From: Bdellovibrionales bacterium
GTDB taxonomy: Bacteria; Bdellovibrionota; Bdellovibrionia; Bdellovibrionales; UBA1609
Reading direction: 5' to 3'
Assembly (NCBI GenBank): GCA_965261545.1
Contig: CBDHDF010000010.1
Location: forward strand, 448,001-512,000
Length of the DNA: 64,000 nucleotides
Made by a program: the position numbers and the translations under genes
Notes under the pieces: generated by a model
What the model saw: the letters and a program-made list of their open reading frames with translations, nothing else
The model's database searches: none
Told to the model about the DNA's origin: nothing
Part shown: one piece after another, positions 28,161 through 39,023 of the stretch
Numbering within the stretch: the stretch's first letter is position 1
How the letters are laid out: the number at the start of each line of letters is the position of its first letter

Positions 28161-31100
28161 CTAGGGAAGGGGAAGAGTTTTCTTTAAGAAGGATGCCTCC
28201 TTTTTAAGCTTCTTGGGGTTTCCAGCCACTGTTATTTTAGACTCCTTAAGAGCTGAGGCCAAAGCTTGATTAATCTTTTTAAAATCTCTAGATGTTGTCG
28301 CCAATATCTCCTTTTGTCGTAAAATGTACTCCTCCCAAGTCAAATCGTTCAAATAAAGATTTGTCATTAGGTCGGCCTTCTCCAACACGGATTTATCTTT
28401 GTAATAAGGTTTAAGGGAACCTAAAATAGCTGGTTTCAACTGAGCCTTATCAAACTTTTGTTTCTCCATAAAGTCTACTATCTGAGAAAAGGCATCTAAA
28501 CTGTCCCGAAGATTTGGATCTCTGTAGGTGGACATTTGAAACAATCCATTCCAATGAAAGCCTGCTCTTGCACCGTAGGCCCCCAACTGCTCTCGAAGGC
28601 GTGGAATAAGAAAATAAGTATTTAGATATTGGGAGTAAACACCCATGGCTCCATTGTAATCTAAGCCCTGTTTTCTAAAGGAAGCCATTTTAAACACATA
28701 TTGAACCTCTCCATGGATGGCGTAACCATCGTAGTGTTTTTGATGGGCAAACAACCACCCTTGATCCTGGTTTTTTTGAGAGAAAAGGGCCTTTTGAACT
28801 TGGTTTATGGAATGGTTCAGTTCCTTAAGACTCTTTTCTTCAGAGGTGAGAGTGACAAGATAAAATCTATTTTGGTGGAAAATATTTTTTAGCATCTCTT
28901 GAAACTTGGAGGACAAAATCTGGGGTTTAACTTTGAAAGAGCGCATGTACTCTTCAAAGGTGGCTCCCCGTATTTCGTCTTCAAAGGCTCCTTGCAGGGG
29001 AAAAAATGTCTTTTCTGCCGCCCCCATGGCTAAATTTCGTGCCCTGGATGAAAAGCTGTTGGTCATTCCCGCCTTTATCTCTTTCACAAGGTGGCCCACT
29101 CGATCCTTGGGGGAAAACTGACTTTCAGTAAGAATTTCTTTGAGCAGGCCCATGGATTTCTCACGATTTTCCGCTAAAAAACTTAAGCTTACAACCAAGG
29201 TTGGTTTAAATTTGTACAAATCTTTGGATGACTGATAGGTCGCAAGTTCAAAGTTGATACCACCTGTATGGAGGTCTATTTTCTTTTGAAGTTCCATAAA
29301 AGAACGATGCTGTGTGTTTGTCTCTTTTATGAGTTCCTTGAAAAGGTAGAGATTTTTAAGATTCCTTTCTTCCACACCTCGAAGATCAAAAAAAAGTTTG
29401 ACATAAGAAATACCACCGGTGTTCTGCGGAAACTCCATCACCATGGTTTGTTGAACCAGTTGACCTTTCTGAATCTTTGAGCCCATGGGAAACTTTCTTG
29501 AAGGAATGGGTGTTGTATTCACGGTGATCTCCGAAAGATCAAGAAGAGGGGTGCGGTCCGTGATGGCCTTCGGTTCTTCGCTGGCAACCCACTGGCGGTA
29601 AATCTGATCCTCCTTGGCATAGGCACTGAGGGGCTTGATTTTGAGAGCCTTTTTCACTCGATCTTCAAGACGAGAGTTGAATTTTTTAGAAAACAAAGGA
29701 TCAGGGGTCATAACAAGCCACCGAGAGTGGCCGTTTTCCTTGAGGCGTGTCTTAAAGAAATCTTTCACAAATTCTCTGTCCTTGATTTTGTGACGAATTT
29801 TTTTGAAGTGGCTCTCAAAGTCCAGTTGCCTTTCTAAGGGCTGCTCTTTCTTGATCCAGTTGTCGAGCACAGTCCAACCGAGACTCATCCCCTTATGGGA
29901 CCCGTTGCTGTACTTCTCTTTATGGGAGAATTCTTCTTTATTGACAATAGACTCTAAAAGTTCTTCATCGAGACCTTGGATGATGACTTTGCCTATTTCT
30001 TCTTGGAGAACCTTGGCCATTGGCTCTTTCTGGGCTTTATCCCCCTCAAAAATAAAAGTGAAACTATGGTCTTGGCTATCTGGATTTAAAAGAAAAACTG
30101 AGGTGGCCAGACCCTCCTTGAGGAATCGAAGCTTAAGGGGGGCTGAAGAATGGGAGGCAAAGGCTGTCAGGAGGACATTGGCCACATCCTCTTCTATGGG
30201 GGTGAGGGGGCCTAAGATATAGGACTGGGCGATAAAGTCTTTGCCACCAATGGCGGGACCAGGGTAGGTGGCCTCAGCCACAGACGTGGGGTAATTAAAG
30301 TCTTTTTGCAGGGGAATATCAGGGGGCTGAAAACCTGGGGTTTTGCGAAAGTGACGTAGAAATTTTTTATCTATGGTCGCCAAAGCTTTTTTATAATCGA
30401 TGTTCCCATAGAGGTAGATCACTGAATTTTGGGGGTGATAGTATTTTTTGTGAGCCTCTACAATTTGCTCAAACTGAAGGGTGGAAATCTGGTCGGGAAA
30501 ACCTCCGCTGGATTTGGCATAGGGCGTGTCAGGTAGCACCGAACTCTGGAGGTGGTAATAGAGAGATCTGTAGGGGCTTGAAAAGGCTCCCTTCATTTCA
30601 CTGAGGACAATTCCGTTAATGGACATTTTATTGGTTTTTGGGTCCACTTCGTATCGCCACCCCTCTCGCTTCATAATACGAGGATCCTCAATGGCCTTGG
30701 GGAAGAAAACGGCATCCATATAAACAGAGAGGAGATTATCGAAGTCTTTAGGGTCTTTGGTGACAAAGGGGTAAAGGGTACTTACGCTCGAAGTCATAGC
30801 GTTTATAAAACTCGCCACTGTAGACCCCGCCACCTTCAAAAAGTTGGACCTAGAGGGATAGAGCCTCGACCCTGCAAGGACAGCATGCTCAAAAATATGA
30901 AAAAGGCCGGTATTGTCGTAGGGGGGAGTTCGAAAGCCTGCCATAAAAGAGCGAGCAGGGTCTGAGTTTTTAATAAGAACCAGGCGCGCCCCTGATTTTT
31001 TATGGGAAAGTTCCACGACCTCCGAAACGGGCGAGGGCAGCGAAAAACGCTTCAATGTTTCATAGGGGCTATAAAATGGAAACTCTTGAATGGAAGAGCA

Positions 31101-31325
31101 TGAGAGCAAGAGGCTCGCCAAGATCACCCAAAGAGTTGTCAATACGACGCGATGAACTTTCTTGTGAGCCTCGTAAACCTTATGGATCTTGTGAATATTA
31201 TTATAGATCTTGTGAATAGTCTGGAGGGTAAAGTGATGAGTCTTATGGAAAGATCTTATAATTTTCATGGATGTCATAGGGGCTCCTTGGATGGTAGGGG
31301 GTCGCATGATGGCACGAATGGCCAT
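28161..31325 (-). CDS. M16C (PreP/presequence-protease-like) zinc metallopeptidase, probable lipoprotein; start uncertain
   Basis: HIFEHAVLAGS (HXXEH), FINAMT, REGWR, GIVLSEMKG, SGG.P, YYHPQN, LREQLGAYG, TYRDPN; lipobox LLLSC. Confidence 0.88.
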   Translation of the reverse strand: MAIRAIMRPPTIQGAPMTSMKIIRSFHKTHHFTLQTIHKIYNNIHKIHKVYEAHKKVHRVVLTTLWVILASLLLSCSSIQEFPFYSPYETLKRFSLPSPVSEVVELSHKKSGARLVLIKNSDPARSFMAGFRTPPYDNTGLFHIFEHAVLAGSRLYPSRSNFLKVAGSTVASFINAMTSSVSTLYPFVTKDPKDFDNLLSVYMDAVFFPKAIEDPRIMKREGWRYEVDPKTNKMSINGIVLSEMKGAFSSPYRSLYYHLQSSVLPDTPYAKSSGGFPDQISTLQFEQIVEAHKKYYHPQNSVIYLYGNIDYKKALATIDKKFLRHFRKTPGFQPPDIPLQKDFNYPTSVAEATYPGPAIGGKDFIAQSYILGPLTPIEEDVANVLLTAFASHSSAPLKLRFLKEGLATSVFLLNPDSQDHSFTFIFEGDKAQKEPMAKVLQEEIGKVIIQGLDEELLESIVNKEEFSHKEKYSNGSHKGMSLGWTVLDNWIKKEQPLERQLDFESHFKKIRHKIKDREFVKDFFKTRLKENGHSRWLVMTPDPLFSKKFNSRLEDRVKKALKIKPLSAYAKEDQIYRQWVASEEPKAITDRTPLLDLSEITVNTTPIPSRKFPMGSKIQKGQLVQQTMVMEFPQNTGGISYVKLFFDLRGVEERNLKNLYLFKELIKETNTQHRSFMELQKKIDLHTGGINFELATYQSSKDLYKFKPTLVVSLSFLAENREKSMGLLKEILTESQFSPKDRVGHLVKEIKAGMTNSFSSRARNLAMGAAEKTFFPLQGAFEDEIRGATFEEYMRSFKVKPQILSSKFQEMLKNIFHQNRFYLVTLTSEEKSLKELNHSINQVQKALFSQKNQDQGWLFAHQKHYDGYAIHGEVQYVFKMASFRKQGLDYNGAMGVYSQYLNTYFLIPRLREQLGAYGARAGFHWNGLFQMSTYRDPNLRDSLDAFSQIVDFMEKQKFDKAQLKPAILGSLKPYYKDKSVLEKADLMTNLYLNDLTWEEYILRQKEILATTSRDFKKINQALASALKESKITVAGNPKKLKKEASFLKKTLPLP

Positions 31326-31522
31326 TGCTTTGTCCGCTTCGTTTGGTCACTGCTCTACAAAGCTCCAGCCACCCACCATAATAGAACCAAAGGGGTTGGT
31401 CATGTCAAGTTCTCTCACAAGGGTCAGTCAACTAAGTTGAGGTTGGCCCAAAGTCCAGAGGTTTTCTCGTAGGTAAGGCATTCTTGCTCTTTGTACCATC
31501 TTCATGGAAACTATGAATATCC

Positions 31523-31906
31523 ATGGATTACACAGAAACATTCTTGTACTTTTGGTTTGAGAACAATGAGTTAATCATTCAATGGGCCACATTGATTTTG
31601 ATTATCAACATTACCTTTTTGGCGGTGATGTCTTATCTTCGCCGCAATATATCTTCCAATGCACCTCATCTGGATGCTAAACTGCAAAGCCTAGACCAAA
31701 GGTTAAGGCGGATGGAAGGAATGGACTCAGGAATTTCTAACAATTTGCAACGCCAAAGAGATCTAGCAAAAATTAAAGATTTAGAGAAAAAACTCACTGA
31801 GTATCAAGTGATTGAGGATGATATTGCCAATCTCTCAAAATATAAAGAAGAAAATAAAGAGCTTCGAGAACGACTTGCTCAGACGCGGTCAAACCATAAA
31901 AAGTGA
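31523..31906 (+). CDS. Hypothetical membrane-anchored coiled-coil protein
   Basis: One TM helix followed by a coiled coil (LTEYQVIEDDIANLSKYKEEN). Confidence 0.7.
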   Translation: MDYTETFLYFWFENNELIIQWATLILIINITFLAVMSYLRRNISSNAPHLDAKLQSLDQRLRRMEGMDSGISNNLQRQRDLAKIKDLEKKLTEYQVIEDDIANLSKYKEENKELRERLAQTRSNHKK

Positions 31907-31996
31907 ATGGGTCGTTGATCTTGGCATTTGTATTGGACATTTTAGCATTTACTAACATTTATTTATTATTGATAATTCCATGGCAAAAAATAGGAG

Positions 31997-32815
31997 ATGT
32001 CCATGATGAAAATTTCAAGAATCTCTAAGCTCTTTAGAATCTTTTCTTTCTCTCTTGCCTTGATGCTATTTTCTCTTCAAGGTCAAGCCAGCATTGATAA
32101 GAGCCCCTCGCTGCATGATACACCCTTCCAAAAAGAGCGAGTCTCCAACGCTCTTCCCTCCAGACTCGATATCACTCGTCGCTCTCTTGGACTTTCTCGG
32201 AAACAAAGGGTTCAGTTTCTTAAGAAAATGCCATGGGCAGAAAAGGTCATTATTCAATTGGCTTTTGACGAAAAAATATCTATGGGTGAAAGGTGGAAAG
32301 CCATCATTTCTCTAGGCCAACTAAACCCACAACACAGGATCCTTGAAAGAGCTGCCCAGCACAAAAAATGGTTTATGCGCAATGCCAGCATTTTGGCCAT
32401 GTCCCGTGGCCCCAGAGAAAGGGCCTTGAGATGGAGTCGCCAACTCTTGGATGATCCAGCCTTAGTGGTGCGAACAGCGGCCGTGAGAGTCATCCAAAAG
32501 CTGAAAGGCAAAGAGCTTGAGGGGGTTCTTTGGAGCAAGCTACAAAGCAAAACGAACTTTCGGGGGGGGAAGAGCCTGTGGATTCGCAAAAATATTGTGC
32601 AAACTCTTGGAGAGCTTTCAAGCCCCTTATATAACGAGCGTTTTGTTCAACTTCTTAACGAAAAGGATTCTTACATTCATGATTCCGCCATTGCAGCTTT
32701 AGAAAGAATAACAAACTCTCGTTTCAAAGGCGAAACAACAGCTCAAAAGCGTCAAGCTTGGCTGAGTTGGTGGAAAGATCAAGCCTCCACACCACCAAAT
32801 ATCTTAAGTAAATAG
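31997..32815 (+). CDS. Exported HEAT-repeat protein
   Basis: Signal peptide; WFMRNASILA, LDDPALVVRTAAV, AIAALERIT...WLSWW. Confidence 0.8.
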   Translation: MSMMKISRISKLFRIFSFSLALMLFSLQGQASIDKSPSLHDTPFQKERVSNALPSRLDITRRSLGLSRKQRVQFLKKMPWAEKVIIQLAFDEKISMGERWKAIISLGQLNPQHRILERAAQHKKWFMRNASILAMSRGPRERALRWSRQLLDDPALVVRTAAVRVIQKLKGKELEGVLWSKLQSKTNFRGGKSLWIRKNIVQTLGELSSPLYNERFVQLLNEKDSYIHDSAIAALERITNSRFKGETTAQKRQAWLSWWKDQASTPPNILSK

Positions 32816-33041
32816 TCACCGTTGTCGCTTGCCAAGGGAATTCAATTAAGATATAGGTGACACTCATTCCATATGGCTCTGATGGTTTGGAGGGGTGATG
32901 ATAGAGCCTATGTAATGATACCTATGTTTAGATCCTGTTATAGACGAGTGGCCCTGATGGGTGATGAGATATTTAGACTGGTGGGTCCAGTGAGTGACGG
33001 GAGGTCATTATTTACGCATGCGATAAAAGGAGATAACCATT

Positions 33042-33794
33042 ATGAAATTCAATAAGAAATTCTGGCTTCAAGGTTATGGTTCTTATATCCTTGCCATTTC
33101 TATCGCACTCACTATTCGCTGGGCCGTCATGGAAGCTTATGTGATTCCATCAGGAAGTATGCTGCCCTCTCTTTTGATTCATGACCATATTTTTGTAAAT
33201 AAGTTCATCTATGGCTTACGGATTCCTGCTACAAGCCAATGGATTTTCAAATCCGAAGACCCCAAGCGTGGCGAAGTCATTGTCTTTCGCTATCCCGAAG
33301 ATGAAAAGATCTTTTATATTAAACGAGTTGTGGGTGTTCCCGGAGATACGATTCGCTATGAGTCCAATCAGCTTTATGTCAATGACCAACCTGTAGAAAA
33401 AAAAGAACCCACAACTAAAAAATCAGATGTCAACTGGCTTCAAGGTCAAAACCCCACAGACATTGGCATTGTATTGTCAGATCATCGCCACTGGCAGGAG
33501 ACTCTAGGTGAAAACACCTATAGCATTCTGGAATTCAAACACCATAGTTACGAGGAAAGCCTTGGCCCCTACAAGGTCCCCGAGGATAGTTATTTTGTTT
33601 TGGGAGACAACCGAGACAATTCAAGAGATAGCCGGCGGTGGACGAAAACTCACTTTGTCCACAGAGACCAGCTTATTGGCCGCGCCATGTTTGTATGGTT
33701 AAGTTGTGACCAAATGCTCTCTCTCCCCGTACTTTCGGTTTTGTGTAACCCCTCGAAAATTCGGTGGAAGCGTCTTTTTCATAGCATTCACTAA
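33042..33794 (+). CDS. lepB: Signal peptidase I
   Basis: IPSGSMLPSL, YIKRVVGVPGD, LGDNRDNSRDSR. Confidence 0.96.
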   Translation: MKFNKKFWLQGYGSYILAISIALTIRWAVMEAYVIPSGSMLPSLLIHDHIFVNKFIYGLRIPATSQWIFKSEDPKRGEVIVFRYPEDEKIFYIKRVVGVPGDTIRYESNQLYVNDQPVEKKEPTTKKSDVNWLQGQNPTDIGIVLSDHRHWQETLGENTYSILEFKHHSYEESLGPYKVPEDSYFVLGDNRDNSRDSRRWTKTHFVHRDQLIGRAMFVWLSCDQMLSLPVLSVLCNPSKIRWKRLFHSIH

Positions 33795-33860
33795 AGATAA
33801 ATATTCAGGAGGCAGTAAAGTTGCTTTATGGAAATTTAGTTTAAGGGGTCATGGCGCTTT

Positions 33861-35084
33861 ATGTCAAACGATCAACTGGCTTTAACTCAAACAAAAATTC
33901 ATGAGCAGATCTGTCACCATTTAAGTCAGATTGAGGAGTGGTTTTGGAAGAAAAGCCAAGGGCTGCTTTTTCCGGTGTACTCAAGCTTTGATATTAGAGA
34001 TTCTTCTCAAAAAGTGGTGCCTGTGGATGCAAATATTTTTCCTGCTGGTTTTAACAATATTTGCCATGCAGACCAAGAGCATGCCAGTAAAACCATGGGC
34101 TCCTACTTACAAGAGCATTATGGTTCATTCTCTCGCATCGTTCTCCTTACAGAAGAGCATACTAAAAACGCCTTTTACTGGGAAAATATTTATGTCCTTG
34201 TCAGCCTCTTGGTTGAGGCTGGCTACTCCGTCAAAGTCGCCTTCCCAAGGAGTATGGAAACCATCCGTGTGCAAAGTCTTTCTGGAAAATTCCTCGATAT
34301 TTATGGAGCCGAAAGACGGGGAAATGGAATCACTGTGGGAGGGGATTCCCCAGAACTCATCATTTGTAACAATGATTTTTCAAATCCCCACGAAAATTGG
34401 GTCAAGGACCTAAGTTGTACAATGAACCCCCCTTACCAACTGGGATGGTACCAGCGCAAAAAAAGTTTGTTCTTTGAACATTACAATGCTTTGTCAAAAG
34501 AGTTTGCCCATACCTTAAACCTGAGCCCAAGCCTATTTCAAATAAAGACAGAAGCTTTTTCATATCTCAAAATTTCAGATGAATCCAGTCTTGATTCTCT
34601 CGCCAACAAAGTAGATATTTTTTTAGAAGGTCTAAGGTCTCAAAATTGCAATACAGATCCTTTTGTCTTTATTAAAAACAATTCAGGCACTTACGGCCTA
34701 GGAATTATTCAAGCGCGTTCAGGAGACGATATTCGCAATCTTAACTACAAATCGAAAAAAAAACTGAAAGCTGTTAAAGGAGGAGGAACGATATCAGAAG
34801 TTATTATTCAAGAGGGTGTGCCTTCAGCTATTTTTTCTGAAAACCAAATTGCTGAGCCCACGATCTATACTGTTGGGAATAAACTTGTGGGCGGATTCCT
34901 TAGAACTCACAGTAAAAAAGGACCAAAAGAAAATCTCAATAGTCCTGGTGCTATATATAAAAAGCTTTGTATCACTGATCTTCAAGTTGATGTTATGGGT
35001 TGCCCCATGGAAAATGTTTATGGGTGGGTGGCCAGATTAGGCTCTTTGGCAATTGCCTACGAGATGAAACACTATATCCAATGA
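33861..35084 (+). CDS. gshA: Glutamate--cysteine ligase (ATP-grasp GshA type)
   Basis: VYSSFDIRDS, PVDANIFPAGFNN, EEHTKNAFY, NNDFS, KNNSGTYGLG, NLNSPG. Confidence 0.88.
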   Translation: MSNDQLALTQTKIHEQICHHLSQIEEWFWKKSQGLLFPVYSSFDIRDSSQKVVPVDANIFPAGFNNICHADQEHASKTMGSYLQEHYGSFSRIVLLTEEHTKNAFYWENIYVLVSLLVEAGYSVKVAFPRSMETIRVQSLSGKFLDIYGAERRGNGITVGGDSPELIICNNDFSNPHENWVKDLSCTMNPPYQLGWYQRKKSLFFEHYNALSKEFAHTLNLSPSLFQIKTEAFSYLKISDESSLDSLANKVDIFLEGLRSQNCNTDPFVFIKNNSGTYGLGIIQARSGDDIRNLNYKSKKKLKAVKGGGTISEVIIQEGVPSAIFSENQIAEPTIYTVGNKLVGGFLRTHSKKGPKENLNSPGAIYKKLCITDLQVDVMGCPMENVYGWVARLGSLAIAYEMKHYIQ

Positions 35085-35133
35085 TAAGAAAACCTCTATG
35101 GCCTGGCCTATTTCGTCTATATAAAAGGTAACT

Positions 35134-36921
35134 CTACTGCATTGTAAGATTATCAAGTCCCCTTGAGATGCACAAAGAAATATGGTCATTCTGGCGAGCA
35201 AGCTCTAAGAGGTGCTTTTTAAGAGACTCTGCTCTTGAACACTGGGGATCAAATTGATAAAAAATTTCAAGAATCTCAAATCCAGGAAGCCAGTGAATTG
35301 AAAATTTCTCAAAATATTCTTCATAAAGAGTGGTGAAACTCCCATAGATTTTCCTCGCCATGGAGGATTCCGAATCAAAGTGCTTTTTCTCAAAAGCTAG
35401 ACCTTCCACAGAAGCAACACCAAAAGCATGACGACAATCCCGGATTTTCTGATAAAATTGGTGCAAAGCCACTTTATTAGGCATCACTTCCTTGCTAGGC
35501 ACTCTCGCCGCCACAAAGTCATCCAAAAGACCATAGGCTTTTGAATCAGCAGCTCCCCCAAAAACAGATGTCACTTGAGTTCCAACAGCCAAGTCAAAGG
35601 CGCCCCAACTTGCCTCAAATAAACACCTGTCTTTGTATGTTATGTCACAGTGAGAGAAACTCACCAACACCAATTTCCCTTTTTTAAATTCCAACTGAGA
35701 CACTGTTCCCTTTAAAGTAATACCAGAATCAAATTTTAGATGGGTTCCTTGGCCACAAATCAAATGGTGTTTATTTAAATCTGCCTCAGTTAAAGTATGA
35801 AGTTCTCGCCCCTCAACGGTACCCAGGGGGGTGCTATAGCCGTGCTGATGATATTCCTTATCATGCCCCTCCCACTGACAGTGCTCAAAACATATTTGGG
35901 TGGGCCCCATGAATTTAATAAAAATAGGATCCCCCTTGGAAGAACAAATAACCTCACTGAGAACACCTGATAGTTGAAGTCCGGTTTCTAGCTCCACAGT
36001 ATTAACAGTTTTTGACTTCTGAGCCACCTTCAAACCATAGGCCCCAGCTTTTTTAAAAGCCATGGTTTCTGCCAATTCATGCAAAATCTTCGATAAATAA
36101 TTAAAATCAGGAGTCACAAAAAGCTGTGGCTGTGGCTCTGTAATATTATAGCTATAACTGATACAATCCAAGGACAAGGGAATTTTTTTTACTTTATCAC
36201 TCAAACAGTTTTGAGCTTCCCCAATGGATGACAGAAGGCCCGCTCCAAATATTTTAGGCGCATGAAGAGGCCCCACCAGTCCATACTCTGCTGTCCACCA
36301 ATTCATGCGCCCCAAGAGAGCCGCCTCAGAAACATAACTCACTTGATGACTTACCTTTTCCAAACAAAACTCAGCCTCTTTGATCTCTTTGGGGGTGGAG
36401 TTTGTATGCTCCTTAATATCACTCAACTCTCTAATCGCCCTGTAAACATCCATGTCTTCGCTGCTAATAATAGCCTTCTTCGCTACTTGGGCATACTCTC
36501 TTAAATAATTGGAAAATGAGGAATCAATTAAGGTGGGAGCATGTCCTGCCGCCTCGTGGACAATATCCGGAGCCGGAGTGTAGAGAAGGTGCTCCACAGA
36601 CCTCATATCAGAAGCAATAGGAAGATAGCCAAGAGATTGAAATTCCATAAATGCCGATGGAGGTATAAAGCCACTCACTGGAATAGCCCCCCAACCAAAC
36701 TCTTGAAGCCTTTCATTGATAACTTCAATACATGGTATATTTTCTACATCAATACCCACCTTCTCCAAACCTCTCAAATAACATTCATGGGCATGTATCG
36801 ATAAGAAAGATTTAAGTTGAGTCATAGTATAGCGCCACACAGCCTGATCTTCAGATGTATACTCCTGCTGTGATTGGTCAACGACGTACTTCTTAAGATG
36901 ATGGGGAATGGATTTTTGCAT
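35134..36921 (-). CDS. phhA: Aromatic amino acid hydroxylase (long-form phenylalanine 4-monooxygenase)
   Basis: YTPAPDIVHEAAGHAP, WWTAEYGL, GAGLLSSIGE, PQPQLFV. Confidence 0.9.
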   Translation of the reverse strand: MQKSIPHHLKKYVVDQSQQEYTSEDQAVWRYTMTQLKSFLSIHAHECYLRGLEKVGIDVENIPCIEVINERLQEFGWGAIPVSGFIPPSAFMEFQSLGYLPIASDMRSVEHLLYTPAPDIVHEAAGHAPTLIDSSFSNYLREYAQVAKKAIISSEDMDVYRAIRELSDIKEHTNSTPKEIKEAEFCLEKVSHQVSYVSEAALLGRMNWWTAEYGLVGPLHAPKIFGAGLLSSIGEAQNCLSDKVKKIPLSLDCISYSYNITEPQPQLFVTPDFNYLSKILHELAETMAFKKAGAYGLKVAQKSKTVNTVELETGLQLSGVLSEVICSSKGDPIFIKFMGPTQICFEHCQWEGHDKEYHQHGYSTPLGTVEGRELHTLTEADLNKHHLICGQGTHLKFDSGITLKGTVSQLEFKKGKLVLVSFSHCDITYKDRCLFEASWGAFDLAVGTQVTSVFGGAADSKAYGLLDDFVAARVPSKEVMPNKVALHQFYQKIRDCRHAFGVASVEGLAFEKKHFDSESSMARKIYGSFTTLYEEYFEKFSIHWLPGFEILEIFYQFDPQCSRAESLKKHLLELARQNDHISLCISRGLDNLTMQ

Positions 36922-36978
36922 AGAATTTTTCCAATTTTAGGCTCTCTCTCAGTAGCCAACAACTACCAAAAAGCTCCA

Positions 36979-37569
36979 TTAGAGTTCCGACTGATCTTCC
37001 TTAGGCTTTTTAATAACAGCAAAATTTATTTCATGAATGCCAGCCTTGGTAGCGGTGTACATGATCTTTTTCACAGTTAAAAAATCCACACCTCTATCAG
37101 CTTGAAGAGTCACTTTTCTAAATCGATCCACCCCAGGTGCCTCCTCATTTGAATCATCCTCACCCTGCATAGCATTTCGAATTTTATGGCGTAAAGATGA
37201 TTTTTCTGCCTCACCATTTTCAATAATTTTTTCAATACCCTCTTTTAATCTCACAATAACCCAGTCAGCCTGCTCCTTAACAACTGTAAAGTCAGCAATA
37301 AACACGTTATTGAGCCTAAGATCACTCTCGGAAAGCGAAATAATATTTGATGGCTTAAGCTCTTTGGTCTCTCTTGCCTCAGGCAACTTAACTCCCTCAG
37401 GAATATGAATAACTTCACCTGTTGCTGCATAGTTTTGAATCAAAAAAACAGCAAGAACTGTAAATAAATCCACCATGGCCGTCAAGGAAAGAACAGCCAC
37501 CACATTTCTCTTGGAACTTCTTTTTCGTTTTCCACGAGCATCTCTAGCCCCAGGAATATGAATTGGCAT
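36979..37569 (-). CDS. aglS: ExbD/TolR-family gliding motor subunit (AglS-like)
   Basis: LSLTAMVDLFTVLAVFL TM with conserved Asp; LQADR...VKKIMYTA. Confidence 0.8.
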   Translation of the reverse strand: MPIHIPGARDARGKRKRSSKRNVVAVLSLTAMVDLFTVLAVFLIQNYAATGEVIHIPEGVKLPEARETKELKPSNIISLSESDLRLNNVFIADFTVVKEQADWVIVRLKEGIEKIIENGEAEKSSLRHKIRNAMQGEDDSNEEAPGVDRFRKVTLQADRGVDFLTVKKIMYTATKAGIHEINFAVIKKPKEDQSEL

Positions 37570-38039
37570 TAACGAGCCCCTCCTGTTGCAATAGATATCT
37601 CAGGGAATCCAGCATGCAAGATCTCATCCATGGCACCCACTAAATGGCCATAAGCCAATTCATCAGACATGGTAATCACAGCATCTTCTTTATCTTCATA
37701 CTCTCTTTTGATTCGAAATAATTCTTCACGCAATCGAAGTTGGTCATATTCTTCGCCATTTTTTGGAATAAAAATAGATTCTTTTCCAAAAGCAACATTG
37801 TAACCTAAAGGTTTTATATCAATACGAAAAGGAATCTCAGCCCTAGGTGGAGGCTGAGCAGATACATCCTTGTTTTTCTGCCCGTAAATGGAACTACCAA
37901 TTTGAATCATAGACACTTGGGTCCACACTGCCGAAACAAGTAGAAAAATAATAAGAACACTCATTAAATCAATGAAGGGAACAATATTTACATCCACACT
38001 GACAGAACGACCGGCACCGCTCTCTTCTATTTGTGCCAT
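37569..38039 (-). CDS. ExbD/TolR-family gliding motor subunit (AglQ-like)
   Basis: NIVPFIDLMSVLIIFLL; start set at MAQIEE. Confidence 0.82.
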   Translation of the reverse strand: MAQIEESGAGRSVSVDVNIVPFIDLMSVLIIFLLVSAVWTQVSMIQIGSSIYGQKNKDVSAQPPPRAEIPFRIDIKPLGYNVAFGKESIFIPKNGEEYDQLRLREELFRIKREYEDKEDAVITMSDELAYGHLVGAMDEILHAGFPEISIATGGAR

Positions 38040-38249
38040 AACCCCACACCAACCTTTATTCGTAACTGCTCGCAACCTTTTAGTTTCAGGAAACCTGTGG
38101 GCTCAAAGTCCGACATTTCTCCTCTTGTCAGAGAGGCAAGGATGAGCATTTATCCTTACTCTATCTTCATCTACTCTACTCCACTCTATTACTTACTATC
38201 TTTATCACTATTGCATTGCTACCTCTACCGCTAGTGTGTATTGTATACA

Positions 38250-38933
38250 TCACTTCATTTTATCACGATTGGCAACCACCATATTCATCATGGTCATACT
38301 GCTTTCTAACATGTCGTTAATAGCCTGACCAATACGAATCTGAAAAAAACCATAGGCGATAATAGCTGTCACCGCAACCGTAAGTCCAAAAGCTGTACAG
38401 TTAAGAGCGTGAGCAATACCTTTAGATAAAATCAGAGCCTTTGTTGCAGCATCTGCCTCACTAATACCATCAAAGGCAATAATAAGACCAATAATTGTAC
38501 CAATAAGACCAATAAGAACTGCCACGTTACCAAAAACCGCAAGAAAAGACGTCCATCCCTCTAAACGAGGAGTTTCCCTTAATACAGATGCATCCATAGC
38601 CACCTGAACCTCTTCGTCGGACCTCTTATTAAAAACCTGAACCAAACCTGCCTTCAATGTATTTGTAAGAGGCGCTGGCTTGCTATCACAAAAAGCAATG
38701 GCCTGCTTTAAATCGCCACGAAGGATCATGCTAAACAAATTTTTATTAATACTGGACTTGTCAATCGTCAAGCGATGTAAAGTTATCAGCCTTTCTATAA
38801 TTAAAAATAGTGTGACAAGTCCAATCATCAAGATAAAGTACATGGCATTGCCACCCTCACAGAAAGCATTTGCAATAAAACTTGCATCTGCAGGGCAAAC
38901 TTTAAGTGCTGTTAGTTGATCTACTTCCTCCAC
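38250..38933 (-). CDS. aglR: MotA/TolQ/ExbB proton-channel protein (AglR-like)
   Basis: GNVAVLIGLIGTIIGLI, GIAHALNCTAFGL. Confidence 0.85.
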   Translation of the reverse strand: MEEVDQLTALKVCPADASFIANAFCEGGNAMYFILMIGLVTLFLIIERLITLHRLTIDKSSINKNLFSMILRGDLKQAIAFCDSKPAPLTNTLKAGLVQVFNKRSDEEVQVAMDASVLRETPRLEGWTSFLAVFGNVAVLIGLIGTIIGLIIAFDGISEADAATKALILSKGIAHALNCTAFGLTVAVTAIIAYGFFQIRIGQAINDMLESSMTMMNMVVANRDKMK

Positions 38934-39023
38934 CGCTAACCTCCGTGTTAAGCTTCATAACGACTTAGAAGCTGATAAAAATTTTCTTACTACATTAGTA
39001 TTGCACATTAGTATTTCTCATTA

